Source: Eledone cirrhosa (lineage: Eukaryota). From it: a stretch of DNA of 64,000 nt. The stretch covers positions 48,112,001 through 48,176,000 of the forward strand of contig OZ024743.1 in assembly GCA_964016885.1 (NCBI GenBank), read 5' to 3'. The notes under the pieces are model-generated. The model had not been told where the DNA came from, did not search any database, and saw only the letters and a program-made list of their open reading frames with translations. A program made the translations under genes and the position numbers. This document shows, piece after piece, positions 25,381 through 39,303 of this stretch. Each line of letters opens with the position of its first letter. The first letter of the stretch is position 1.

Positions 25381-26635
25381 CATGGTTGAGTGGTTAAGAA
25401 GTTTGCTTCACAGACATGAGGTTGGTTTATCACCATAACAGATACAAAATATCAAAATTCACATTATTGAACTTTGTTGTTTCTTCTACAATCATGAAAC
25501 TTAGTAAAATATTGTCATAACTTATGTGACAGTCATTGTTAAGTCTCTATCTAAAGTCTGTGTTGATGTTGGTGTTGCTGGTAGTGGTGATTGTATTCAT
25601 CATCATCATTTTACGTCCAGTCTTCAATACTAGCATGGGTTAGACGAGTTGTCCTGTTGTAGACAATGCTAGGTCAGGTAACCATGTCTTGCTCATAATG
25701 AACTGATTCTGGCATGGTTTCTACAGCTGGATTGTATTTTGATTTCCCTAGCTAACTCTAACACGTTTGTCACTGCCATACATCCACCTTTCCCAACCCT
25801 ACCCGTCACCTTCCATAAACCAGAGACACTTTAAGCCACAAATCCATACCACTTTCTGCTTTCTCACGTTCGGGTCCTTAGGATTACCTCTATTGACGTT
25901 GTCATGGTGAAAAGAAATGACAATGTTTAAGAAGAATGTCCTGAAATAAACTGTCAAGTCCTTATTTACTCTGACAATTACAGCTGCTTCCTCTGTCTGC
26001 TTTTACACAATTTCTTTAGACCTGTTCATAGAATATATTTTACCGATGATTACAACATTATATAATTAGTGCACGTGTATATTTTATACCTTTGGGGCAG
26101 ATGTGGATTCCACAAGCCCTCAGTGAAGGCAACCCATCTTGAGAGTGGTAACTGTATAAAAACTGCACAGAGATGTGAACTCCATAAGTTATGGTGAAGG
26201 CAAGCTAGCTAGACAGTAACTCTTAATAAATATAAAGGAAAAAATGATACAGAATAGAGGGATCACCTTAGTCTTAGCAGACAACCTCTCTAGTGCTGGT
26301 GGCACAATACAATGCACCCAGTCCATGGTGTAAAGTGTTTGGTCATATGAAAGGTATACAGCCAGCAAAATCATGAACAATTTTGGTATAATAAACCCGA
26401 ACATCTAACACATACAAGCAAAGAAAAGTAGGTGTAAAAATAATTGTTTCTATGTTTGGCACAAGGCCAGCAATTATTCCAGTGCATTACTGGTACTTTA
26501 TTTTATTGACCCCATAAGGATGAAAGGCAAAGTGAACCTTGACGGGATTTGAACTCAGACTATAAAGGGGCGTAACTCTATGCTGCAAAGCATGGCGTCC
26601 GACCTTCTACCGATACTGCCAATCCCATAGATATA

Positions 26636-27100
26636 ATAATAATAATGAAATTATTGTGTAAAGTGCTCAGGTGCACTACAACTCATCAAAAGTGCATGTA
26701 AAGTACATAGAATAATATACAAATGTCAGGGAAGTGAATAGTGTATGAATCATGATATACATGTGTGTATGTGTATGGAGGGTGAATATTAGGTGTAGTG
26801 TTGGCGAATCTTGGGAAGCATGGAGGTTTTAATGGATGCAGTGTCTCGACAGCTAACAACTGATGCAGGTAGTTTGTTCCATGCTTAACAACTCTGAGTG
26901 TGAAAAAATGTTTCCGAAACTCATGGGAACTGTGCTGTTTTCTGACTTTGTGCGCATGCCCACGTGTGTTAGACACATGGAAATCAAAAAGGTACTCAGG
27001 GTTGTTGTTGGCAAGATGGTTAATAATTTTGTGGGTGTTTACCAAGTCAGTTGCCAGATGTCAGAGCTTCAATGTATCCATTCCCAGGGAAGTAAGGCGT
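26636..27100 (-). mobile_element. CR1-like LINE 3' fragment, next to a family A SINE (26442-26626)
   Basis: NTRGHAHKVRKQHSS..RKHFFTLRV; homologous to 16950-17460. Confidence 0.85.
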
Positions 27101-27185
27101 TCATATATATGTATGTATAGTCACAGGCATGGCTGAGTGGATAAGGAGTTTTCTTCCCAATTATATAGTTTCAGATTCCATCCCA

Positions 27186-27625
27186 CTTACACCTCTCCAA
27201 GACAATGTCACTGGACCGAGATCTTTGGCGATACACAGTAATACAGAAGACCCGCCTTGCCTAAGTACAAAGCGAAACCTACAGTCAGTAGGCACCTCTT
27301 AACAAAAATACACCCCCGTCCCACTACCCCTTTCGACGTAAAGTTATGTTGGTACCACAACATCCAGTCCGAAATAAATGAGGTCGTGTAGGTGTCACGA
27401 CAAAAAAAACACAGTCCACGCTGTAATGTGGCCGTGTAGGTAACACGGTAAAAACCTCCCAGTCCACACTGTAAACGTGGTTGGTGTTAGGAAGGGCATC
27501 CAGCCGTAAAAAGCCCGCCAGACATATACGAGCAAGACAACCAATCTTGCCTCAAGTGGGAAAATTCCCGTCCAAACCCATGCAAGCGTGGAAGATGGAC
27601 GTTAAACGATGATGATGATGATGAT
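27186..27625 (+). mobile_element. RTE LINE extreme 3' end
   Basis: HLSKTMSLDRDLW then 3'UTR and (GAT)n. Confidence 0.85.
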
Positions 27626-27873
27626 GTAGGGCATCTTGGACAAGTGTCTTCTATAGTCTCAAGTTAACAATGTCTTGTAAGTGAAATCTGAAAGATGGAA
27701 ACTGCAGAAGACTGTCATATACACACACACACACATCATCAGTTTTATGTCCGTTCTTCCACGCTAGCATGGGTTAGACGAGTTGTCCTGTTGTAGCCAG
27801 TCGGCTGACCATGCCTTGCTCATACAGGAACTGATTCTGGCTTGATTTCTACAGCTGGATGCCCTTCCTAACA

Positions 27874-27912
<39 letters not shown>

Positions 27913-27915
<3 letters not shown>

Positions 27916-29152
27916 TCATCATCATCATCATCTTCGTTTAACGTCCATCTTCCACGCTAGCATGGGTTAGACGGGAGTTGTCCCACTTGAGGCAAGGTTG
28001 GTCGGGAGACCGTGTCTTGCTTATATAGGACTATCTGGCAGGTTTTCTACGGCTGGATTCCCTTCCTAAAACCAACCGCATTTACAGTGTGGAACTGGGA
28101 ACTTTTTACCGTGTTACCTACATGGCCACATTACAGCGTGGACTGTGTTTTTTTGTCGTGACACCTACACGATCCCGATCTCATTTATTTGGACTGGATG
28201 TTGTGAACCCAACTTTACAGAGAGAGGGTGGTGTTGGTGGGAGTTGGAGGATAGGGTAGGGGTGGTGGATTGGGGTGTATATTTGGTTAAGAGGTGCCTA
28301 CTGACTGTAGGTTTCGTTTTGTACATAGGTAAGGCGGGTCTTCTGTATTATTGCGTAGCGCCAAAGATCTCAGTCCAGTGACATTGTCTTAGAGAGGTGC
28401 AAGTCTGTAAGGTCGGATTCTATCAGATCGTCCGAGGTTTTTCTGGGTCTACCTACTCCGTAACTACCATCAATTTTGATCGCTCTGCACTTTTTTATAC
28501 AGCTGTCGTCTTTCATGCGTATCATGTGATCATACCAACGTAATCTTCTCTCGAGTAAACAGCATCTGATCCCTCTTATTTCTAATTTCTCACTTAGTTC
28601 ATTTATGCTTTGCCGTTCAAGTATATTATTATTACACATCCAATGGAGCATGCATGCTTCGTTCCTTTCCAGTCTGCGCAGGTCCTCTGCACGTAATGCC
28701 CATGTCTCACTGCCATGTAGCATTGCTGTTCGTATACAAGCATCATACAATCTGCTTTCATTTTTAGAGAGAAACCTTTTATGGCCAACAGCGGTATAAG
28801 CTCTCTGAACTTTTTCCATCCCGTTCTGACTCTGGCTACTGTACTTTCAGAACACCCTCCACCACTGCTGATTTCGTCACCCAGGTAACGGAAAGTGTCC
28901 ACTATTTCTATAGAACCATCTGGGCAATAGAAGGAGCTAGTATCCTGTGGACACTTGCTACTTATTGCACCTGAGCATCGGCCACATATAAAGTCTACGT
29001 TCTTAGATAGTTTACCTGTGATCCAACTACATCTTTTATGTACCCATACTTAGCATTTGGGATATAAAATGGAATTTCTGCCTACTCCTTTCCTACACAC
29101 TGAGCATGGCCATTTCCCTGAGGGCACCTGTGCCTTATTTTCCTTTCTACAA
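27913..29152 (-). mobile_element. RTE LINE 3' fragment including the PHD-finger segment
   Basis: ORFs 28370-28902 homologous to 19071-20141. Confidence 0.9.
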
Positions 29153-29353
29153 ATTATATATATATATATATATATTTATGTATGTATATGTGTGTTTACG
29201 TTTAAGGTTTGTTTAGTCCCCATAATGTAACAGTTGAACAAACAGAGTACAATAAAAATAACTACTAGGGGCTAATATGATCAACTAAAATTACTTGAAG
29301 GTGGAGCCCCAGCATGGTCACAGTCTAATGACTGAAACGTGCAAGAGAATAAA

Positions 29354-29392
<39 letters not shown>

Positions 29393-29409
29393 ATATATAT
29401 ATATATATA

Positions 29410-29472
<63 letters not shown>

Positions 29473-29653
29473 AGAGAGAGAGAGAGGATGAAGGTAGTGT
29501 TAGTGGTGAAGATCAATTTGTAACAGTAGCACTAATGCTTTTTAAGCAGTTGATGGATTATTTCAGAAGATATCAGATTTTATTGATTCCAAAGACTCAG
29601 GACAACATAGGATGTGGATATAGATTTATGGCGTTGTTAACCCCTAATACATA

Positions 29654-30670
29654 GTGGGGTGGTGCCGGTGGTGTTAGAGGTGGTGGTGATGCTGTTGTTA
29701 GAGGTAGTGGTGGTGATGGCAGAGGTGCTGTTGTTAGAGGTGGTGGTGTTGGTGGTGATGGCAGAGGTGTTGCTAGAGGTGGTGGTGGCAGAGGTGTTGT
29801 AAGAGGTGGTGGTGGTGCTGTTGTTAGAGGTGGTGTTGGTAGTGGTGATGGTGGTGTTGTTAGAGGTGGTGGTGGTGGCAGAGGTGTTGTTAGAGGTGGT
29901 GGTGGTGGTGCTGTTGTTAGAGGTGGTGGTGGTGGTGGCAGAGGTGCTGTTGTTAGAGGTGGTGGTGGTGGCAGAGGTGCTGTTGTTAGAGGTGATGGTG
30001 GTGGTGGTGATAGCAGAGGTGTTGTTGGTGATGGCAGAGGTGTTGTTAGAGGTGGTGGTGGCAGAGGTGTTGTTAGAGGTGGTGGCTGGGTTGTTGCAGT
30101 CATTGCTTTTGTTGGTAGTAGTGGTAGTAGTGGGGGGTGGAGGTAGTAGAAGCAGTAATGGTCTTGTTGGTGTTGTTGTTGGTGGTGGTAGTGACAGTGT
30201 TGGTCATGAAGTTGTTATTGATGTTATTGCTGTTGGTGTTGTTGTTGGTAGTGGTGATGGTGGTGTTGGTGGTGATGGTGTTGTTGGTAGTAGTGATGGT
30301 GTTGGTAGTGGTGATGGTGGTGTTGATGTTGGTAGTGGTGGCGTTGGTAGTGGTGATGGTGGTGTTGGTAGTGGTGATGGTGGTGGTGGTGTTGGTAGTG
30401 GTGATGGTGGTGTTGGTGGTGTTGGTAGTGATGATGGTGGTGGTGGTGTTGGTAGTGGTGGTGGTGGTGTTGATGTTATTGCTAGTGATGATGGTGGTGG
30501 TGGAGTTATTGATAGTGATGATGGTGGTGTTGATGTTATTGCTAATGATGATGGTGATGGTGGTGGTGGTGTTGGTAGTGGTGATTGTGGTGCTATTGCT
30601 GGTGATGGTGTTGGTATTATTGCTAGTGATGATGGTGGTGGTGGTGATGATGGTGTTGGTAGTGGTGGGA
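29654..30670. repeat. (GGT)-rich low-complexity/minisatellite tract
   Basis: Direct inspection (GTTGTTAGAGGTGGTGGT and GTTGGTAGTGGTGATGGT units). Confidence 0.9.
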
Positions 30671-30903
30671 GTAGATTTGTCTGAGAGTGAATTACAAGGA
30701 AAATAGAGATAGAAAGAATGAACAGTGAGAGAGGATGTGAGAGAAGTCAAAGAATGGAGTCCAGTGTCACTCTGTATATATGCACATGTGTATATGTATG
30801 TACACACACACATATATAAATATATATATATATATACACATGCCAATACCTTTGCACACGGGCACATATGCATCTGCCTATATGTGTATGTATATTGTCT
30901 CAA

Positions 30904-30934
<31 letters not shown>

Positions 30935-31914
30935 TATATATTTGAGACAATATACATACACATAGAGGCAGATGTATATGTGCCTGTGTGCGAAAGTACT
31001 GGCATGTATATATGTATGTGGCTAGGTATGTATGTATGTATGCGTGGCTGTGTGTATGTCCTAATGGAAACCATCATTAATAAGTACCCAGCCAGTGAAA
31101 GCTGTGCTCAACAATGGAAGGATCATGTTCCCTCTATCAATAACCACACCCTGCTTCAATCCTTACCCCATCACCCAGGAAATGAGATTGGATAACTGAT
31201 CCAAACTAGGTTGTATTTCCTTTCACCACTTTCAGAAAATTGTTTTCCCAAATGTTAGTACAGGTCTGATAGTTCTTCAAATCTTAACATCCACAAGTTT
31301 TGGTTGAATAACTGTTTTTTTTCTTTTGTTTTTGCTTTTTAAGAAACCAAATAAGGAGTGTATGAAGACATGGTTCTCCAATCAGTCTAATCTCAGACCA
31401 TGACAATCCATGTGCAGGTGCATGGCTTAGTGGTTCGAGCATTGTGCTTGCATCGAAAGGTTATGTGTTCAATTCTCGGACTGGGTGATGTGTTGTTTCC
31501 TTGAGCAAGATACTTTATTTCACGTTGCTCCAGTTTACTCAGCTGTAGAAATGAGATGATAGGACTGGAGACCCTATCATTAAATTACTCAAGACAGCTC
31601 CAACGAGATATACCTTGGAGGAGGCCAGCTAAACCTGCATAGGTGTGAGCTGTCACACACGCACACATGACAATCCATGCAGCTCCTACCAGCATAGAAC
31701 ATGAACATAAAATGATGATGATGATGAGAGAGGTTGAGTAAAAATACATAAAACCTGAACTAAGAACGAAGCAAATATCACAAAGGAATTCACTAAAAAA
31801 GTACTGGTATTGTCACTGTTTTCACCCTCCGTGGACGTAGGTAAGCAAAAGACAGGGAGATGCAGGCCCCTGGCCCATCAAAGAGGTCAGTTGTTTTGCT
31901 TGAGTACTTACTCA

Positions 31915-32600
31915 GTCTGTGACGTTTTGCAATGGTATGTTTCGCCATCTTTTCGGAAAATCCATTATTCCCTGCTTGAAGAATTTCCTGTTTTTACTGG
32001 CGAAAAATCCTTCCAAGTGAATATTTAGATCCTCTTCAGGGTTGAAGGTTTGTCCATTCAATAAATTTTGAAGAGACCAAAACAGGTGGAAATCTGAAGG
32101 CCCAAGGTCAGGCAAATCTTCCGAACCAAGCCCCAGTAACTTCTGCCGTCTCTACAAAGAAGTGTGTGATCTTGCATTGTCATGATACAAGACAACGGCT
32201 TCATGATTAGTAAGTGCTAAATGCTTCTGGTGGATCACTGAGTTTAATTTTTCTAGCTGGGCACAGTACACATCCAATTTGATGGTCCTGTCTATGGGAA
32301 GAAGCTCATAAAAGACAACAACCTTCCAATTCCACCAAATTGAAAGCATAACCTTCTTCAGGTCAAGTCCTGTTTTGGAGTTTGTTTGTGGTGGTTCACC
32401 ACACTTCCCCAATTTTACTTTACATTGTTACAGACAATCACTTTATCGCCCAGTCACCATTCACTTAAAAAAATAATTGTTCACTTCATATTTTTTCAAT
32501 GAATTGCAGATGGAAATCCATGGGGTGAGTTTAACCTTATTCAACGGATGTAGGACTCAAACATCAAGCCTGCTGAAGGTTTTCAACACTCAATTTGGAT
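31915..32600 (-). mobile_element. Mariner (Tc1/mariner) transposase relic
   Basis: KKVMLSIWWNWK.VV.YELLP, HDNARSH, PDLGPSDFHLF.SLQN motifs with frameshifts. Confidence 0.88.
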
Positions 32601-33045
32601 ATTAGGAGAATATCTGTGATCATCTTGGTTGTATAGCCTGGGGTTGATGCCAACTAACTCATTCATCTTGGTGCTGTTAATCTTAGTTGATCTACATGAT
32701 AAACACACAGAGTACATGTTGTAAAGTGGTTGTTGATAGGAAGGGCATCCAGCTGTAGAAATCTTGCCAAACAAAAGGGTCTGGAGGACCCTTAACCCTC
32801 AATTCTGTCAAAGACATGACAACCTCTCTTGTGCACTCAGTGCAGTGTTGACCATACATAAAAAATGATACATAGACCCTGGCCTGCCTGGGAGATCAGT
32901 AACCCCACTTCAGCATTGACTTGGTGTATGTAGCCTCGTCCAACCTTTGCTAGCAGGGGAAGCAGATGTTAAAACGACAATGATGATGATATATAAAACA
33001 ATGAAAAATAAAAAAAAACAAAAAAAAACTACAAAACAAAAATAC

Positions 33046-33163
33046 CTTCTCCAATCAGAGTTGATTTAGTATAAAGCGCAGTTAGTTGTCGAGTGAAGAC
33101 TGAACTTTTATTGTCACTAGCAGCTTTGAGTGCAGCAGTTTCTGTTTGTTTAACAACACCAAC
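33046..33163 (-). CDS. MSH3: MSH3 exon 4 ([39 protein letters not shown])
   Basis: Acceptor atccag|, donor AAG|gtatt, 118 nt, ends phase 1. Confidence 0.96.
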
Positions 33164-33977
33164 CTGGATATCACAAAAATAATAAATAACATAATACCAA
33201 ATAGAGGATATAATCAGTTCTTGAATTTGGAGTTTTGTTTTTACAAATCTACTCGGCATAAAGATAGCATTATTGACTACTTCGTTAACATATTTCTAAC
33301 GAAAAATGCTGTCTAAGGTTTTCAAATATTTTTGAAAATAATCAAGAATTTAGAGAGAAAAAGCAATATAACTAACTTAGTCATTGTTAACTTGGTATTA
33401 ACTCTAAAGTTCTTATAAAAGATTATGATGGAAGGTTTTAAGATAAATATAAACATTTTAAAACAAATAGTTTTGTATGTGAATTTCATATATCTAATGA
33501 TATATGGTATGTTGAATAAATAAACATTTGGAAAGCCATCTAGCTATGAATATTGAAAGGCTGACAGCTAGTGCCATCTAATCACATACTTTCAGGTGGT
33601 TCAGGTGACAATTTTTTAACACTATCTTTGGGTGCTTTTAGTAAACACCATTCTGTTGCAAGCATTTGGACCGGGTCTCCAGTTTGATACTTTCCTCCCT
33701 CCCACCAATCTTGGAGGCCCTGAAAAGTGTCATGGCCATTACCCTTCATATATATGTATAACTTATAACCTATACATAAATTATTTATATATAGGTTTGA
33801 ACTTATTACTAGCTTTGGGTGCCTATATTTTACATCTGGCCTGGGCCTATTACCAGCTTTGCATGGACCTTGTCAGAGCAGCTTTGATCATAGGTCTGCT
33901 CTATTAGAGATGACCAGCGGCTAAGAACACTGAAAATAAAATGCGAATCTATAATAAACTGTAACTATAAAACTGAC

Positions 33978-34094
33978 CTTGTGTCCTGTGGTAACAAGGC
34001 GTTGCACATGGACAAAGAGACGATGTGTCGGAATACTGGCAGTCATAAAACTATGATCTGGATTACACATAATATTTAAAACTTTTGCAGCAAT
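33978..34094 (-). CDS. MSH3: MSH3 exon 3 ([39 protein letters not shown])
   Basis: Manual translation; acceptor tttcag|, donor AAG|gtcag, 117 nt; MSH3-specific [13 protein letters not shown]. Confidence 0.96.
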
Positions 34095-34811
34095 CTGAAA
34101 AACAAATCACATATATTTTATGAAATATTTGCAGCAATGTGAAAACCATATCATATATTTTATGAAATATCTGCAGAAATCTAAAAACACATCACATATT
34201 TTATAAGATATTTGCAGCAATGAGAAAAACACATCACATATATTTTATAAAACATCTGCAGCAATGTGAAAACCATATTACATTTATTTTATAAAATATT
34301 TGCAGCAATCTGAAAACACATGACATATCATCATCATCATCATTTTACGTCCGCTTTTCCCTGCTTGCAAGGGTGGGACGGGAACTGATTCTGGCTTGAT
34401 TTCTACAGCTGGATGCCCTTCCCAACACCAACCTCATTTACAGTGAGTGCTGGGTGCTTTTTTGCCGTGGCACCTCCACGACCACTTTGCAGTGGAATGA
34501 TATGGACCCCAGTCCTATCATCTCATTTCTACAGCTGAGTAAACTGGAGCAATGTGAAATAAAGTGTCTTGCTCAAGGAAACAACACATCACCCGGTCTG
34601 AGAATTGAACTCACAACCTTTCGATTGCAAGGCCAATGCTCTAACTACTAAGCCATGTGCCTCCATTATAATTTTATGAAATATCTACAGAAATCTGAAA
34701 ACACTATCACATATATTTTATGAAATATCTGCAGCAATGTGAAAAACATAAAACATATTTTATAAAATATTTGCAGCAATCTGAAAACACATGACATATA
34801 TTTTATAAAAA
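34085..34811. repeat. ~45-bp tandem repeat derived from the exon-3 acceptor region, interrupted by a family B SINE (34328-34665)
   Basis: Unit TGCAGCAATCTGAAAA.CACAT.ACATATATTTTAT.AAATAT; the first unit overlaps the exon 3 start. Confidence 0.85.
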
Positions 34812-35482
34812 TACATTTTTTAGAAGGCACCTGGCCTGCCCTATGGTGCAGACAGGTTGATGACACAACAAAAATACCCAGTCCAACCTGTAGTGTGGTT
34901 GAAAGACATCAATAAACACCCAGTCCACTCTGTAAAGTGGTCATGATGGAGTCACAACGAAAGCACTCAGCCCAACCTGTAAAGGTGTCATGATGGTGAC
35001 ACAACAAAAAGCAGCTGTTTTGGTGCCAAGCACCCAATCCACATTGTAAAGTTGTTGCTTTGGTGCCCCGAGAAAATGCAATCAGTCCACACTGTAAAGT
35101 GGTTGTTTTGGTGCCACGACAAAAAGGGTCCAGGCTACACTGTAAAGTACTTGTTTTGGTGCTACAACAAAAAGTAAATGTGGTTGGCATTAGGAAAGGT
35201 ATCCAGCTGTAGAAACCAAGCCAGAAACAGTTCTGTAAGAGCAAGACACGGTCATCTGATTTGACTTGTCTCACAACGGGACAACTTGTCTAACCCATGC
35301 TAGCATGGAAAAATGGATGTTAAACAGTGATGATGATGATGATATATATACATACTTCCTTAGTTTCCATCTACCAAATTCCCTCATAATACATTGGTTG
35401 GCTGGTATTTACAAAATAGTATCTATCTATATATCATCTCCAAAATACCTGTATTTGCCTATATTCACAAAACAATATTTAC

Positions 35483-35983
35483 CTGTGCATCTTCTCCAAA
35501 AAACCTGTATTTATATCCACATTCAATCAGTAAGACAGTACCAGGATATTTCTTTTTCAACTCAACGACTTGCTGTTCCAAAGGTGTATATTTAGTCTTT
35601 TCAAAAGATTTCAACTTTTCATTGCTACTAGAAATTGTCTTTAGTTTTGTAAAGCTCTCTTTACATTTTCTTTCAGGTATTTTCTCATCTTCAGACACTG
35701 CATCTATTTCTGCATTGTTATCTTCAACTACAGTATTTTGTTCATTAAGATTAGGTAAGTTGCCTGTAAATCTATTTTTCATTTGTTCCAAGTCAATGTT
35801 CTCATTATGTGAAGCAGATAAGGAAAAAGAATTCAGTTTTGAACGTGTTCCTTCATGAAGACCAACGTGTGTCCTTGAACCAAGAGATGATTTTAATTTC
35901 TTGCCCAGACTCGAAGACGTTTCAGTGGAATTTTCATTATGGGCTATTTTCCTCTTTTTTGCAGCATCAGAATTAATGTTATA
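35483..35983 (-). CDS. MSH3: MSH3 exon 2 (YNINSD...KYTPLEQQ...[14 protein letters not shown])
   Basis: Acceptor ttccag|, donor CAG|gtaaat, 501 nt; MutS domain I motif. Confidence 0.95.
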
Positions 35984-37021
35984 CTGGAAATTGAAAATCA
36001 AAAGAATTCATTAAGAAAAATTATATTATTAAAGAGACATTTTAATCAATTATCAGATTCGATTAAGGAAACTGTGTTTCCATTGCTATTACTATCTTCC
36101 AGTTGCAACTCCTGGTTGAAGGAGCAATATAAAATGTATTTTGCTCAAGAACACAACATGCTGCCTGGTCTAGGAATCGAACCCATGAACAGCCTAATCA
36201 CTAGGTTCAATATCTGCACTGGGCAGTATGTTGTGTTCTTCAGCAGAATACTTTATTTCACGTTGATCCTACTGTCAGGAGTACCAACCAGCAGACAGTA
36301 TAAGCAACAGAAGTACCACTGGAAACATTGCTTCTTTAGTCTGATCTGATGACTGGTTCAACTATTAGCCATTAACCCTAATACTACCATCACCAACTGT
36401 TGTTTACTTTTCATCTATTTTACTGCAGTCATGGGAAAGATGTGACAATCTCTTTAGTCGCGGTGTCATGATAAAATGTACTCAGTACATTTTGTAAAGT
36501 ATTTAGTATTAATAAGAGCATCCAGCCATAGAAACCATGCCGAAAATGGACCATATAAGCATGTTAAAATAAAATATCAGAAAGACATTTTAACTATTCA
36601 ATAGATGGTTAATAGACTGAACATTTTTGGTTTGAAACTAATTTGAGTATCAGCATAGCTGTGTGTTTATATCCAACTAATATTTACCTTCTAGTGTGGC
36701 TAGTCATTTCTAAATGATTCTTCTTTCACCATTACTACTACTTCTACTACTAGAATAGAATCTGCTAATGGATATCTTGAAATACTACATCACTGATATA
36801 TATCCAGTTTCTATGATAACCAGATTTATTTGAAAGAGAGAACTTTATTTAAGACGCAGCCTTTCTTGCCAGCTGGAACATTGCACTGATACTATAGGTT
36901 GGCATTAGGTATTGTTGTTAACTGTAGACTGGACAAATAATATAATGTTCAGTCTGTTAGCTTGTGTTGTTTAAACTTCCTTGTTTAATCAATAGTCTAG
37001 CCATCTACTAGGCTGATGGTT

Positions 37022-39303
37022 CATCACCATCATCATCATTTAACGTCCGTGTTCCACGCTTGCATGGGTTTGGACGGGAGTTTTCACACTTGAGGCAAGA
37101 GTGATTGTCTTGCTCGCATAGGACTGTCTGGCGGGTTTTCTACAGCTGGATGCCCTTCCTAACACCAACCACATTTACAGTGTGGGGCTGGGAGGTTTTT
37201 ACCGTGTTGCCTAAACGGCCACATTACAGCGTGGACTGTGTGTTTTTTGTCGTGACACCTACACGATCTCATTTGTTTCGGCCTGGATGTTGTGGCACCA
37301 ACATAACTTTACATTGAAAGGGGCGGTGTGGATGGGGTGGGGGTGGTGGGACGGGGGTGTATTTTGTTAGAGATGCCTACTGACTGTAGTAGGTTTTACT
37401 TTGTATTTAGGTAAGGCGGGTCTTCTCTATTACTGAGTACCACCAAAGGTCTCAGTCCAGTGACATTGTCTTGGAGAGGTGTAAGTGTGTGAGGTCGGAA
37501 TTTATCAGCTCGTCCCAGGTTTTTCTGGGTCTGCCTACTCCGTGGCTCCCGTCTATCTTTATTGCCCTGCACTTTTTTATACAGCTGTCGTCTTTCATGC
37601 GCATCACGTGACCATACCAACGTAGCCTTCTCTCGAGTAAACAACATCTGATCCCTCTTATTCCTAATTTCTCCCTTAGTTCGTTTATGCTTTGCCGTTC
37701 ACGTATATTACTATTACACATCCAGCAGAGCATGCAAGCTTCGTTCCTCTCTAGTCTGCGTATATCCTCTGCACACAATGCCCAGGTCTCACTGCCATGC
37801 AACATTGCTGTTCGTATGCAGGCATCATACAACCTGCCTTTCATTTTTAGGGAGAACCCTTTAGCGGCTAATAGTGGTATAAGCTCTCTGAACTTTTTCC
37901 ATCCAGTTCTGACATTTTGTCACCCAGGTAACGGAAGCTGTCCACTATTTCTATAGAACCCTCTGCGCAATTGAAAGAGCTAGTATTTTGTGGGCACTTG
38001 CTGCTACTTATTGCACCAGAGCACCGGCCACATGTAAAATCTATGTTCTTAGTTAGCTTACCTGTGATCCCACTACATCTTTTATGCACCCATACTTTGC
38101 ATTTGGGACATAAAATGGAGTTTCTACCTACGCCTTTCCTACACACTGAGCATGGCCATTTCCCGGAAGGGACCGGCGCCTTATTTTCTTTCCTACAAAC
38201 TAGAACTTTAGTCTTAGCCAGGTTAATTTTAAGGCCTTTTGATTCTAGGCCGTGCTTCCATGTTTGGAATTTCTTCTCTAGCTCGGCCATTGATTCAGCT
38301 ATGAGCGTTAGATCATCTGCGTATAGGAGTTCCCATGGGCAGCCGGTCTTGAACTCCACTGTTATAGCCTGAAGGGCAATAATAAATAGTAGGAGGCTAA
38401 GAACAGAGCCCTGATGGACACCAACTTTTACGCTAAACTCTTCACTATATTCGTTGTTAATTCTAACCTTGCTGACTGTTTCTTTATACATGGCTTGTAT
38501 AGCTCTCACAAGCCATTCTTCAACACCTAGTTTTCTAAGAGCCTACCAGATAATGGAACGGGGGACTCTGTCGAAGGCTTTCTCCAAGTCAACAAAAGCT
38601 AAGTATAGGGGTATACTTTTAGCTAGGTACTTCTCCTGTAGTTGTCGTACAATGAAAAGAGCGTCTGTGGTACTTTTGCCTGACACAAAACCGAACTGCA
38701 TTTCATCTAGATCAATTCTCTCTCTGATTAGTTGCGCTATTACTTTTTCTGTGACCTTCATGACCTGGTCGATTAATTTAATGCCTCTATAGTTACTCCT
38801 ATCTAGAGCATCTCCTTTACCCTTGTAACAGTTAATGATGATGCTGCTACGCCAGTCCTTCGGAACAACCCCATTCTGTATGACTTGGTTTACTATCCGG
38901 GTGACCATGGTGTGTCCCACCGTTCCAGAGGCTTTCAGCATCTCAGCAACTATTTCCGAAGGCCCAGCTGCCTTACCCATCCTCATATCTTTGATTGCCT
39001 TACTTATTATACTACCTTCGACTAACACTGCCGGTCCCTCTACTGGGTCGATGTGGGGGAGACTGTCTTTCTCCCATTTATTCTCCTCATTTAGAAGCCT
39101 TTCGTAGTGACACTTCCAAGCTACCTTCTTATCAGCGTCAGTGATGGCAAGTACGCCATCATCATTAAGTACACACTTCTCCCCGACAATATCACGGTTT
39201 TCCTTGACACATTGCCTAGCAATCCTGAACACCTCACGTTTTTGGTCCTCACGTTGTAGAACATGCTTGAACTTTCTTTCCTCTGCTTCCCTTCTTGCGA
39301 AGT
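37022..39303 (-). mobile_element. RTE LINE, 5'-truncated (RT-PHD-C-term, 3'UTR)
   Basis: ORFs 38543-39232, 37868-38509, 37452-37844; very similar to 18717-21020; stop at ~38543 and ~40-bp deletion at ~37913. Confidence 0.95.

Noticed and set aside
29597-31077. Pro-, Gly- and Val-rich ORFs
   Set aside because: (GGT)n low-complexity DNA; no splice or homology support
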